Source: Auanema rhodensis
Lineage: Eukaryota > Animalia > Nematoda
Length of the DNA stretch: 64,000 bases
Reading direction: 5' to 3'
Assembly (NCBI GenBank): GCA_964057225.1
Contig: OZ059900.1
Span: 19,654,001 to 19,718,000 of the forward strand
Shown here: one piece after another, positions 11,801 through 26,700 of the stretch
How positions within the stretch are numbered: position 1 is the stretch's first letter
Layout: each line of letters begins with the position of its first letter
The notes under the pieces: generated by a model
Told to the model about the DNA's origin: nothing
The model's database searches: none
The model's input: only the letters and a program-made list of their open reading frames with translations
Program-made: the position numbers and the translations under genes

Positions 11801-14800
11801 TCAAAACCTTGTTTACAGCGAAATTTCCAAAAACTGGTTTTCCAGCATAATAAAATATTTCTCATGGGAAATACTGTGTTTTTGTATTTTTCTAGTGTTC
11901 AGCATGTAAAATGCTTCATTTTAGTATGTAACACGCTGAAATTCGTTGCATTTGACGACTCATATGAACAAAAATCGATTTAATCAATATTAGCCATAAG
12001 GGGCGTGCCCTCAGAATATGCTAATTTCCTTAATTTTCTAACCCCTGTTTTTTTGTCGTGAAAGTGGGACTAGACGTTGTACGAACAATTTTGAGCTAGG
12101 TTTCATTGACATTGCATGAGTTTGAACACATGAAATCGTAAGTCAAAACCTTGTTTACAGCGAAATTTCCAAAAACTGGTTTTCCAGCATAATAAAATAT
12201 TTCTCATGGAAAATACTGTGTTTTTGTATTTTTCTAGTGTTCAGCATGTAAAATGCTTCATTTTAGTATGTAACACGCTGAAATTCGTTGCATTTGACGA
12301 CTCATATGAACAAAAATCGATTTAATCAATATTAGCCATAAGGGGCGTGCCCTCAGAATATGCTAATTTCCTTAATTTTCTAACCCCTGTTTTTTTGTCG
12401 TGAAAGTGGAACTAGACGTTGTACGAACAATTTTGAGCTAGGTTTCATTGACATTGCATGAGTTTGAACACATGAAATCGTAAGTCAAAACCTTGTTTAC
12501 AGCGAAATTTCCAAAAACTGGTTTTCCAGCATAATAAAATATTTCTCATGGGAAATACTGTGTTTTTGTATTTTTCTAGTGTTCAGCATGTAAAATGCTT
12601 CATTTTAGTATGTAACACGCTGAAATTCGTTGCATTTGACGACTCATATGAACAAAAATCGATTTAATCAATATTAGCCATAAGGGGCGTGCCCTCAGAA
12701 TATGCTAATTTCCTTAATTTTCTAACCCCTGTTTTTTTGTCGTGAAAGTGGAACTAGACGTTGTACGAACAATTTTGAGCTAGGTTTCATTGACATTGCA
12801 TGAGTTTGAACACATGAAATCGTAAGTCAAAACCTTGTTTACAGCGAAATTTCCAAAAACTGGTTTTCCAGCATAATAAAATATTTCTCATGGGAAATAC
12901 TGTGTTTTTGTATTTTTCTAGTGTTCAGCATGTAAAATGCTTCATTTTAGTATGTAACACGCTGAAATTCGTTGCATTTGACGACTCATATGAACAAAAA
13001 TCGATTTAATCAATATTAGCCATAAGGGGCGTGCCCTCAGAATATGCTAATTTCCTTAATTTTCTAACCCCTGTTTTTTTGTCGTGAAAGTGGAACTAGA
13101 CGTTGTACGAACAATTTTGAGCTAGGTTTCATTGACATTGCATGAGTTTGAACACATGAAATCGTAAGTCAAAACCTTGTTTACAGCGAAATTTCCAAAA
13201 ACTGGTTTTCCAGCATAATAAAATATTTCTCATGGGAAATACTGTGTTTTTGTATTTTTCTAGTGTTCAGCATGTGAAATGCTTCATTTTAGTATGTAAC
13301 ACGCTGAAATTCGTTGCATTTGACGACTCATATGAACAAAAATCGATTTAATCAATATTAGCCATAAGGGGCGTGCCCTCAGAATATGCTAATTTCCTTA
13401 ATTTTCTAACCCCTGTTTTTTTGTCGTGAAAGTGGAACTAGACGTTGTACGAACAATTTTGAGCTAGGTTTCATTGACATTGCATGAGTTTGAACACATG
13501 AAATCGTAAGTCAAAACCTTGTTTACAGCGAAATTTCCAAAAACTGGTTTTCCAGCATAATAAAATATTTCTCATGGGAAATACTGTGTTTTTGTATTTT
13601 TCTAGTGTTCAGCATGTGAAATGCTTCATTTTAGTATGTAACACGCTGAAATTCGTTGCATTTGACGACTCATATGAACAAAAATCGATTTAATCAATAT
13701 TAGCCATAAGGGGCGTGCCCTCAGAATATGCTAATTTCCTTAATTTTCTAACCCCTGTTTTTTTGTCGTGAAAGTGGAACTAGACGTTGTACGAACAATT
13801 TTGAGCTAGGTTTCATTGACATTGCATGAGTTTGAACACATGAAATCGTAAGTCAAAACCTTGTTTACAGCGAAATTTCCAAAAACTGGTTTTCCAGCAT
13901 AATAAAATATTTCTCATGGGAAATACTGTGTTTTTGTATTTTTCTAGTGTTCAGCATGTAAAATGCTTCATTTTAGTATGTAACACGCTGAAATTCGTTG
14001 CATTTGACGACTCATATGAACAAAAATCGATTTAATCAATATTAGCCATAAGGGGCGTGCCCTCAGAATATGCTAATTTCCTTAATTTTCTAACCCCTGT
14101 TTTTTTGTCGTGAAAGTGGGACTAGACGTTGTACGAACAATTTTGAGCTAGGTTTCATTGACATTGCATGAGTTTGAACACATGAAATCGTAAGTCAAAA
14201 CCTTGTTTACAGCGAAATTTCCAAAAACTGGTTTTCCAGCATAATAAAATATTTCTCATGGAAAATACTGTGTTTTTGTATTTTTCTAGTGTTCAGCATG
14301 TAAAATGCTTCATTTTAGTATGTAACACGCTGAAATTCGTTGCATTTGACGACTCATATGAACAAAAATCGATTTAATCAATATTAGCCATAAGGGGCGT
14401 GCCCTCAGAATATGCTAATTCCCTTAATTTTCTAACCCCTGTTTTTTTGTCGTGAAAGTGGAACTAGACGTTGTACGAACAATTTTGAGCTAGGTTTCAT
14501 TGACATTGCATGAGTTTGAACACATGAAATCGTAAGTCAAAACCTTGTTTACAGCGAAATTTCCAAAAACTGGTTTTCCAGCATAATAAAATATTTCTCA
14601 TGGGAAATACTGTGTTTTTGTATTTTTCTAGTGTTCAGCATGTAAAATGCTTCATTTTAGTATGTAACACGCTGAAATTCGTTGCATTTGACGACTCATA
14701 TGAACAAAAATCGATTTAATCAATATTAGCCATAAGGGGCGTGCCCTCAGAATATGCTAATTCCCTTAATTTTCTAACCCCTGTTTTTTTGTCGTGAAAG

Positions 14801-17706
14801 TGGAACTAGACGTTGTACGAACAATTTTGAGCTAGGTTTCATTGACATTGCATGAGTTTGAACACATGAAATCGTAAGTCAAAACCTTGTTTACAGCGAA
14901 ATTTCCAAAAACTGGTTTTCCAGCATAATAAAATATTTCTCATGGAAAATACTGTGTTTTTGTATTTTTCTAGTGTTCAGCATGTAAAATGCTTCATTTT
15001 AGTATGTAACACGCTGAAATTCGTTGCATTTGACGACTCATATGAACAAAAATCGATTTAATCAATATTAGCCATAAGGGGCGTGCCCTCAGAATATGCT
15101 AATTCCCTTAATTTTCTAACCCCTGTTTTTTTGTCGTGAAAGTGGAACTAGACGTTGTACGAACAATTTTGAGCTAGGTTTCATTGACATTGCATGAGTT
15201 TGAACACATGAAATCGTAAGTCAAAACCTTGTTTACAGCGAAATTTCCAAAAACTGGTTTTCCAGCATAATAAAATATTTCTCATGGGAAATACTGTGTT
15301 TTTGTATTTTTCTAGTGTTCAGCATGTAAAATGCTTCATTTTAGTATGTAACACGCTGAAATTCGTTGCATTTGACGACTCATATGAACAAAAATCGATT
15401 TAATCAATATTAGCCATAAGGGGCGTGCCCTCAGAATATGCTAATTCCCTTAATTTTCTAACCCCTGTTTTTTTGTCGTGAAAGTGGAACTAGACGTTGT
15501 ACGAACAATTTTGAGCTAGGTTTCATTGACATTGCATGAGTTTGAACACATGAAATCGTAAGTCAAAACCTTGTTTACAGCGAAATTTCCAAAAACTGGT
15601 TTTCCAGCATAATAAAATATTTCTCATGGGAAATACTGTGTTTTTGTATTTTTCTAGTGTTCAGCATGTAAAATGCTTCATTTTAGTATGTAACACGCTG
15701 AAATTCGTTGCATTTGACGACTCATATGAACAAAAATCGATTTAATCAATATTAGCTATAAGGGGCGTGCCCTCAGAATATGCTAATTTCCTTAATTTTC
15801 TAACTCCTGTTTTTTTGTCGTGAAAGTGGGACTAGACGTTGTACGAACAATTTTGAGCTAGGTTTCATTGACATTGCATGAGTTTGAACACATGAAATCG
15901 TAAGTCAAAACCTTGTTTACAGCGAAATTTCCAAAAACTGGTTTTCCAGCATAATAAAATATTTCTCATGGGAAATACTGTGTTTTTGTATTTTTCTAGT
16001 GTTCAGCATGTAAAATGCTTCATTTTAGTATGTAACACGCTGAAATTCGTTGCATTTGACGACTCATATGAACAAAAATCGATTTAATCAATATTAGCCA
16101 TAAGGGGCGTACCCTCAGAATATGCTAATTCCCTTAATTTTCTAACCCCTGTTTTTTTGTCGTGAAAGTGGAACTAGACGTTGTACGAACAATTTTGAGC
16201 TAGGTTTCATTGACATTGCATGAGTTTGAACACATGAAATCGTAAGTCAAAACCTTGTTTACAGCGAAATTTCCAAAAACTGGTTTTCCAGCATAATAAA
16301 ATATTTCTCATGGGAAATACTGTGTTTTTGTATTTTTCTAGTGTTCAGCATGTGAAATGCTTCATTTTAGTATGTAACACGCTGAAATTCGTTGCATTTG
16401 ACGACTCATATGAACAAAAATCGATTTAATCAATATTAGCCATAAGGGGCGTGCCCTCAGAATATGCTAATTCCCTTAATTTTCTAACTCCTGTTTTTTT
16501 GTCGTGAAAGTGGAACTAGACGTTGTACGAACAATTTTGAGCTAGGTTTCATTGACATTGCATGAGTTTGAACACATGAAATCGTAAGTCAAAACCTTGT
16601 TTACAGCGAAATTTCCAAAAACTGGTTTTCCAGCATAATAAAATATTTCTCATGGGAAATACTGTGTTTTTGTATTTTTCTAGTGTTCAGCATGTGAAAT
16701 GCTTCATTTTAGTATGTAACACGCTGAAATTCGTTGCATTTGACGACTCATATGAACAAAAATCGATTTAATCAATATTAGCCATAAGGGGCGTGCCCTC
16801 AGAATATGCTAATTTCCTTAATTTTCTAACCCCTGTTTTTTTGTCGTGAAAGTGGAACTAGACGTTGTACGAACAATTTTGAGCTAGGTTTCATTGACAT
16901 TGCATGAGTTTGAACACATGAAATCGTAAGTCAAAACCTTGTTTACAGCGAAATTTCCAAAAACTGGTTTTCCAGCATAATAAAATATTTCTCATGGGAA
17001 ATACTGTGTTTTTGTATTTTTCTAGTGTTCAGCATGTGAAATGCTTCATTTTAGTATGTAACACGCTGAAATTCGTTGCATTTGACGACTCATATGAACA
17101 AAAATCGATTTAATCAATATTAGCCATAAGGGGCGTGCCCTCAGAATATGCTAATTTCCTTAATTTTCTAACCCCTGTTTTTTTGTCGTGAAAGTGGAAC
17201 TAGACGTTGTACGAACAATTTTGAGCTAGGTTTCATTGACATTGCATGAGTTTGAACACATGAAATCGTAAGTCAAAACCTTGTTTACAGCGAAATTTCC
17301 AAAAACTGGTTTTCCAGCATAATAAAATATTTCTCATGGGAAATACTGTGTTTTTGTATTTTTCTAGTGTTCAGCATGTAAAATGCTTCATTTTAGTATG
17401 TAACACGCTGAAATTCGTTGCATTTGACGACTCATATGAACAAAAATCGATTTAATCAATATTAGCCATAAGGGGCGTGCCCTCAGAATATGCTAATTTC
17501 CTTAATTTTCTAACCCCTGTTTTTTTGTCGTGAAAGTGGAACTAGACGTTGTACGAACAATTTTGAGCTGGGTTTCATTGACATTGCATGAGTTTGAACA
17601 CATGAAATCGTAAGTCAAAACCTTGTTTACAGCGAAATTTCCAAAAACTGGTTTTCCAGCATAATAAAATATTTCTCATGGGAAATACTGTGTTTTTGTA
17701 TTTTTC

Positions 17707-20700
17707 TAGTGTTCAGCATGTAAAATGCTTCATTTTAGTATGTAACACGCTGAAATTCGTTGCATTTGACGACTCATATGAACAAAAATCGATTTAATCA
17801 ATATTAGCCATAAGGGGCGTGCCCTCAGAATATGCTAATTTCCTTAATTTTCTAACCCCTGTTTTTTTGTCGTGAAAGTGGAACTAGACGTTGTACGAAC
17901 AATTTTGAGCTAGGTTTCATTGACATTGCATGAGTTTGAACACATGAAATCGTAAGTCAAAACCTTGTTTACAGCGAAATTTCCAAAAACTGGTTTTCCA
18001 GCATAATAAAATATTTCTCATGGAAAATACTGTGTTTTTGTATTTTTCTAGTGTTCAGCATGTAAAATGCTTCATTTTAGTATGTAACACGCTGAAATTC
18101 GTTGCATTTGACGACTCATATGAACAAAAATCGATTTAATCAATATTAGCCATAAGGGGCGTGCCCTCAGAATATGCTAATTCCCTTAATTTTCTAACCC
18201 CTGTTTTTTTGTCGTGAAAGTGGAACTAGACGTTGTACGAACAATTTTGAGCTAGGTTTCATTGACATTGCATGAGTTTGAACACATGAAATCGTAAGTC
18301 AAAACCTTGTTTACAGCGAAATTTCCAAAAACTGGTTTTCCAGCATAATAAAATATTTCTCATGGGAAATACTGTGTTTTTGTATTTTTCTAGTGTTCAG
18401 CATGTAAAATGCTTCATTTTAGTATGTAACACGCTGAAATTCGTTGCATTTGACGACTCATATGAACAAAAATCGATTTAATCAATATTAGCCATAAGGG
18501 GCGTGCCCTCAGAATATGCTAATTCCCTTAATTTTCTAACCCCTGTTTTTTTGTCGTGAAAGTGGAACTAGACGTTGTACGAACAATTTTGAGCTAGGTT
18601 TCATTGACATTGCATGAGTTTGAACACATGAAATCGTAAGTCAAAACCTTGTTTACAGCGAAATTTCCAAAAACTGGTTTTCCAGCATAATAAAATATTT
18701 CTCATGGAAAATACTGTGTTTTTGTATTTTTCTAGTGTTCAGCATGTAAAATGCTTCATTTTAGTATGTAACACGCTGAAATTCGTTGCATTTGACGACT
18801 CATATGAACAAAAATCGATTTAATCAATATTAGCCATAAGGGGCGTGCCCTCAGAATATGCTAATTCCCTTAATTTTCTAACCCCTGTTTTTTTGTCGTG
18901 AAAGTGGAACTAGACGTTGTACGAACAATTTTGAGCTAGGTTTCATTGACATTGCATGAGTTTGAACACATGAAATCGTAAGTCAAAACCTTGTTTACAG
19001 CGAAATTTCCAAAAACTGGTTTTCCAGCATAATAAAATATTTCTCATGGGAAATACTGTGTTTTTGTATTTTTCTAGTGTTCAGCATGTAAAATGCTTCA
19101 TTTTAGTATGTAACACGCTGAAATTCGTTGCATTTGACGACTCATATGAACAAAAATCGATTTAATCAATATTAGCCATAAGGGGCGTGCCCTCAGAATA
19201 TGCTAATTCCCTTAATTTTCTAACCCCTGTTTTTTTGTCGTGAAAGTGGAACTAGACGTTGTACGAACAATTTTGAGCTAGGTTTCATTGACATTGCATG
19301 AGTTTGAACACATGAAATCGTAAGTCAAAACCTTGTTTACAGCGAAATTTCCAAAAACTGGTTTTCCAGCATAATAAAATATTTCTCATGGGAAATACTG
19401 TGTTTTTGTATTTTTCTAGTGTTCAGCATGTAAAATGCTTCATTTTAGTATGTAACACGCTGAAATTCGTTGCATTTGACGACTCATATGAACAAAAATC
19501 GATTTAATCAATATTAGCTATAAGGGGCGTGCCCTCAGAATATGCTAATTTCCTTAATTTTCTAACTCCTGTTTTTTTGTCGTGAAAGTGGGACTAGACG
19601 TTGTACGAACAATTTTGAGCTAGGTTTCATTGACATTGCATGAGTTTGAACACATGAAATCGTAAGTCAAAACCTTGTTTACAGCGAAATTTCCAAAAAC
19701 TGGTTTTCCAGCATAATAAAATATTTCTCATGGGAAATACTGTGTTTTTGTATTTTTCTAGTGTTCAGCATGTAAAATGCTTCATTTTAGTATGTAACAC
19801 GCTGAAATTCGTTGCATTTGACGACTCATATGAACAAAAATCGATTTAATCAATATTAGCCATAAGGGGCGTACCCTCAGAATATGCTAATTCCCTTAAT
19901 TTTCTAACCCCTGTTTTTTTGTCGTGAAAGTGGAACTAGACGTTGTACGAACAATTTTGAGCTAGGTTTCATTGACATTGCATGAGTTTGAACACATGAA
20001 ATCGTAAGTCAAAACCTTGTTTACAGCGAAATTTCCAAAAACTGGTTTTCCAGCATAATAAAATATTTCTCATGGGAAATACTGTGTTTTTGTATTTTTC
20101 CAGTGTTCAGCATGTGAAATGCTTCATTTTAGTATGTAACACGCTGAAATTCGTTGCATTTGACGACTCATATGAACAAAAATCGATTTAATCAATATTA
20201 GCCATAAGGGGCGTGCCCTCAGAATATGCTAATTCCCTTAATTTTCTAACTCCTGTTTTTTTGTCGTGAAAGTGGAACTAGACGTTGTACGAACAATTTT
20301 GAGCTAGGTTTCATTGACATTGCATGAGTTTGAACACATGAAATCGTAAGTCAAAACCTTGTTTACAGCGAAATTTCCAAAAACTGGTTTTCCAGCATAA
20401 TAAAATATTTCTCATGGGAAATACAGTGTTTTTGTATTTTTCTAGTGTTCAGCATGTAAAATGCTTCACTTTAGTATGTAACACGCTGAAATTCGTTGCA
20501 TTTGACGACTCATATGAACAAAAATCGATTTAATCAATATTAGCCATAAGGGGCGTGCCCTCAGAATATGCTAATTTCCTTAATTTTCTAACCCCTGTTT
20601 TTTTGTCGTGAAAGTGGAACTAGACGTTGTACGAACAATTTTGAGCTAGGTTTCATTGACATTGCATGAGTTTGAACACATGAAATCGTAAGTCAAAACC

Positions 20701-23700
20701 TTGTTTACAGAGAAATTTCCAAAAACTGGTTTTCCAGCATAATAAAATATTTCTCATGGGAAATACTGTGTTTTTGTATTTTTCTAGTGTTCAGCATGTA
20801 AAATGCTTCATTTTAGTATGTAACACGCTGAAATTCGTTGCATTTGACGACTCATATGAACAAAAATCGATTTAATCAATATTAGCCATAAGGGGCGTGC
20901 CCTCAGAATATGCTAATTTCCTTAATTTTCTAACCCCTGTTTTTTTGTCGTGAAAGTGGGACTAGACGTTGTACAAACAATTTTGAGCTAGGTTTCATTG
21001 ACATTGCATGAGTTTGAACACATGAAATCGTAAGTCAAAACCTTGTTTACAGCGAAATTTCCAAAAACTGGTTTTCCAGCATAATAAAATATTTCTCATG
21101 GGAAATACTGTGTTTTTGTATTTTTCTAGTGTTCAGCATGTAAAATGCTTCATTTTAGTATGTAACACGCTGAAATTCGTTGCATTTGACGACTCATATG
21201 AACAAAAATCGATTTAATCAATATTAGCCATAAGGGGCGTGCCCTCAGAATATGCTAATTCCCTTAATTTTCTAACCCCTGTTTTTTTGTCGTGAAAGTG
21301 GAACTAGACGTTGTACAAACAATTTTGAGCTAGGTTTCATTGACATTGCATGAGTTTGAACACATGAAATCGTAAGTCAAAACCTTGTTTACAGCGAAAT
21401 TTCCAAAAACTGGTTTTCCAGCATAATAAAATATTTCTCATGGGAAATACTGTGTTTTTGTATTTTTCTAGTGTTCAGCATGTAAAATGCTTCATTTTAG
21501 TATGTAACACGCTGAAATTCGTTGCATTTGACGACTCATATGAACAAAAATCGATTTAATCAATATTAGCCATAAGGGGCGTGCCCTCAGAATATGCTAA
21601 TTTCCTTAATTTTCTAACCCCTGTTTTTTTGTCGTGAAAGTGGAACTAGACGTTGTACGAACAATTTTGAGCTAGGTTTCATTGACATTGCATGAGTTTG
21701 AACACATGAAATCGTAAGTCAAAACCTTGTTTACAGCGAAATTTCCAAAAACTGGTTTTCCAGCATAATAAAATATTTCTCATGGGAAATACTGTGTTTT
21801 TGTATTTTTCTAGTGTTCAGCATGTAAAATGCTTCATTTTAGTATGTAACACGCTGAAATTCGTTGCATTTGACGACTCATATGAACAAAAATCGATTTA
21901 ATCAATATTAGCCATAAGGGGCGTGCCCTCAGAATATGCTAATTTCCTTAATTTTCTAACCCCTGTTTTTTTGTCGTGAAAGTGGGACTAGACGTTGTAC
22001 GAACAATTTTGAGCTAGGTTTCATTGACATTGCATGAGTTTGAACACATGAAATCGTAAGTCAAAACCTTGTTTACAGCGAAATTTCCAAAAACTGGTTT
22101 TCCAGCATAATAAAATATTTCTCATGGGAAATACTGTGTTTTTGTATTTTTCTAGTTTTCAGCATGTAAAATGCTTCATTTTAGTATGTAACACGCTGAA
22201 ATTCGTTGCATTTGACGACTCATATGAACAAAAATCGATTTAATCAATATTAGCCATAAGGGGCGTGCCCTCAGAATATGCTAATTTCCTTAATTTTCTA
22301 ACCCCTGTTTTTTTGTCGTGAAAGTGGAACTAGACGTTGTACGAACAATTTTGAGCTAGGTTTCATTGACATTGCATGAGTTTGAACACATGAAATCGTA
22401 AGTCAAAACCTTGTTTACAGCGAAATTTCCAAAAACTGGTTTTCCAGCATAATAAAATATTTCTCATGGGAAATACTGTGTTTTTGTATTTTTCTAGTGT
22501 TCAGCATGTAAAATGCTTCATTTTAGTATGTAACACGCTGAAATTCGTTGCATTTGACGACTCATATGAACAAAAATCGATTTAATCAATATTAGCCATA
22601 AGGGGCGTGCCCTCAGAATATGCTAATTTCCTTAATTTTCTAACCCCTGTTTTTTTGTCGTGAAAGTGGGACTAGACGTTGTACGAACAATTTTGAGCTA
22701 GGTTTCATTGACATTGCATGAGTTTGAACACATGAAATCGTAAGTCAAAACCTTGTTTACAGCGAAATTTCCAAAAACTGGTTTTCCAGCATAATAAAAT
22801 ATTTCTCATGGAAAATACTGTGTTTTTGTATTTTTCTAGTGTTCAGCATGTAAAATGCTTCATTTTAGTATGTAACACGCTGAAATTCGTTGCATTTGAC
22901 GACTCATATGAACAAAAATCGATTTAATCAATATTAGCCATAAGGGGCGTGCCCTCAGAATATGCTAATTTCCTTAATTTTCTAACCCCTGTTTTTTTGT
23001 CGTGAAAGTGGAACTAGACGTTGTACGAACAATTTTGAGCTAGGTTTCATTGACATTGCATGAGTTTGAACACATGAAATCGTAAGTCAAAACCTTGTTT
23101 ACAGCGAAATTTCCAAAAACTGGTTTTCCAGCATAATAAAATATTTCTCATGGGAAATACTGTGTTTTTGTATTTTTCTAGTGTTCAGCATGTAAAATGC
23201 TTCATTTTAGTATGTAACACGCTGAAATTCGTTGCATTTGACGACTCATATGAACAAAAATCGATTTAATCAATATTAGCCATAAGGGGCGTGCCCTCAG
23301 AATATGCTAATTTCCTTAATTTTCTAAACCCTGTTTTTTTGTCGTGAAAGTGGAACTAGACGTTGTACGAACAATTTTGAGCTAGGTTTCATTGACATTG
23401 CATGAGTTTGAACACAACCTTGTTTACAGCGAAATTTCCAAAAACTGGTTTTCCAGCATAATAAAATATTTCTCATGGGAAATACTGTGTTTTTGTATTT
23501 TTCTAGTGTTCAGCATGTAAAATGCTTCATTTTAGTATGTAACACGCTGAAATTCGTTGCATTTGACGACTCATATGAACAAAAATCGATTTAATCAATA
23601 TTAGCCATAAGGGGCGTGCCCTCAGAATATGCTAATTTCCTTAATTTTCTAACCCCTGTTTTTTTGTCGTGAAAGTGGGACTAGACGTTGTACGAACAAT

Positions 23701-26700
23701 TTTGAGCTAGGTTTCATTGACATTGCATGAGTTTGAACACATGAAATCGTAAGTCAAAACCTTGTTTACAGCGAAATTTCCAAAAACTGGTTTTCCAGCA
23801 TAATAAAATATTTCTCATGGAAAATACTGTGTTTTTGTATTTTTCTAGTGTTCAGCATGTAAAATGCTTCATTTTAGTATGTAACACGCTGAAATTCGTT
23901 GCATTTGACGACTCATATGAACAAAAATCGATTTAATCAATATTAGCCATAAGGGGCGTGCCCTCAGAATATGCTAATTCCCTTAATTTTCTAACCCCTG
24001 TTTTTTTGTCGTGAAAGTGGAACTAGACGTTGTACGAACAATTTTGAGCTAGGTTTCATTGACATTGCATGAGTTTGAACACATGAAATCGTAAGTCAAA
24101 ACCTTGTTTACAGCGAAATTTCCAAAAACTGGTTTTCCAGCATAATAAAATATTTCTCATGGGAAATACTGTGTTTTTGTATTTTTCTAGTGTTCAGCAT
24201 GTAAAATGCTTCATTTTAGTATGTAACACGCTGAAATTCGTTGCATTTGACGACTCATATGAACAAAAATCGATTTAATCAATATTAGCCATAAGGGGCG
24301 TGCCCTCAGAATATGCTAATTCCCTTAATTTTCTAACCCCTGTTTTTTTGTCGTGAAAGTGGAACTAGACGTTGTACGAACAATTTTGAGCTAGGTTTCA
24401 TTGACATTGCATGAGTTTGAACACATGAAATCGTAAGTCAAAACCTTGTTTACAGCGAAATTTCCAAAAACTGGTTTTCCAGCATAATAAAATATTTCTC
24501 ATGGAAAATACTGTGTTTTTGTATTTTTCTAGTGTTCAGCATGTAAAATGCTTCATTTTAGTATGTAACACGCTGAAATTCGTTGCATTTGACGACTCAT
24601 ATGAACAAAAATCGATTTAATCAATATTAGCCATAAGGGGCGTGCCCTCAGAATATGCTAATTCCCTTAATTTTCTAACCCCTGTTTTTTTGTCGTGAAA
24701 GTGGAACTAGACGTTGTACGAACAATTTTGAGCTAGGTTTCATTGACATTGCATGAGTTTGAACACATGAAATCGTAAGTCAAAACCTTGTTTACAGCGA
24801 AATTTCCAAAAACTGGTTTTCCAGCATAATAAAATATTTCTCATGGGAAATACTGTGTTTTTGTATTTTTCTAGTGTTCAGCATGTAAAATGCTTCATTT
24901 TAGTATGTAACACGCTGAAATTCGTTGCATTTGACGACTCATATGAACAAAAATCGATTTAATCAATATTAGCCATAAGGGGCGTGCCCTCAGAATATGC
25001 TAATTCCCTTAATTTTCTAACCCCTGTTTTTTTGTCGTGAAAGTGGAACTAGACGTTGTACGAACAATTTTGAGCTAGGTTTCATTGACATTGCATGAGT
25101 TTGAACACATGAAATCGTAAGTCAAAACCTTGTTTACAGCGAAATTTCCAAAAACTGGTTTTCCAGCATAATAAAATATTTCTCATGGGAAATACTGTGT
25201 TTTTGTATTTTTCTAGTGTTCAGCATGTAAAATGCTTCATTTTAGTATGTAACACGCTGAAATTCGTTGCATTTGACGACTCATATGAACAAAAATCGAT
25301 TTAATCAATATTAGCTATAAGGGGCGTGCCCTCAGAATATGCTAATTTCCTTAATTTTCTAACTCCTGTTTTTTTGTCGTGAAAGTGGGACTAGACGTTG
25401 TACGAACAATTTTGAGCTAGGTTTCATTGACATTGCATGAGTTTGAACACATGAAATCGTAAGTCAAAACCTTGTTTACAGCGAAATTTCCAAAAACTGG
25501 TTTTCCAGCATAATAAAATATTTCTCATGGGAAATACTGTGTTTTTGTATTTTTCTAGTGTTCAGCATGTAAAATGCTTCATTTTAGTATGTAACACGCT
25601 GAAATTCGTTGCATTTGACGACTCATATGAACAAAAATCGATTTAATCAATATTAGCCATAAGGGGCGTACCCTCAGAATATGCTAATTCCCTTAATTTT
25701 CTAACCCCTGTTTTTTTGTCGTGAAAGTGGAACTAGACGTTGTACGAACAATTTTGAGCTAGGTTTCATTGACATTGCATGAGTTTGAACACATGAAATC
25801 GTAAGTCAAAACCTTGTTTACAGCGAAATTTCCAAAAACTGGTTTTCCAGCATAATAAAATATTTCTCATGGGAAATACTGTGTTTTTGTATTTTTCTAG
25901 TGTTCAGCATGTGAAATGCTTCATTTTAGTATGTAACACGCTGAAATTCGTTGCATTTGACGACTCATATGAACAAAAATCGATTTAATCAATATTAGCC
26001 ATAAGGGGCGTGCCCTCAGAATATGCTAATTCCCTTAATTTTCTAACTCCTGTTTTTTTGTCGTGAAAGTGGAACTAGACGTTGTACGAACAATTTTGAG
26101 CTAGGTTTCATTGACATTGCATGAGTTTGAACACATGAAATCGTAAGTCAAAACCTTGTTTACAGCGAAATTTCCAAAAACTGGTTTTCCAGCATAATAA
26201 AATATTTCTCATGGGAAATACAGTGTTTTTGTATTTTTCTAGTGTTCAGCATGTAAAATGCTTCACTTTAGTATGTAACACGCTGAAATTCGTTGCATTT
26301 GACGACTCATATGAACAAAAATCGATTTAATCAATATTAGCCATAAGGGGCGTGCCCTCAGAATATGCTAATTTCCTTAATTTTCTAACCCCTGTTTTTT
26401 TGTCGTGAAAGTGGAACTAGACGTTGTACGAACAATTTTGAGCTAGGTTTCATTGACATTGCATGAGTTTGAACACATGAAATCGTAAGTCAAAACCTTG
26501 TTTACAGCGAAATTTCCAAAAACTGGTTTTCCAGCATAATAAAATATTTCTCATGGGAAATACTGTGTTTTTGTATTTTTCTAGTGTTCAGCATGTAAAA
26601 TGCTTCATTTTAGTATGTAACACGCTGAAATTCGTTGCATTTGATGACTCATATGAACAAAAATCGATTTAATCAATATTAGCCATAAGGGGCGTGCCCT

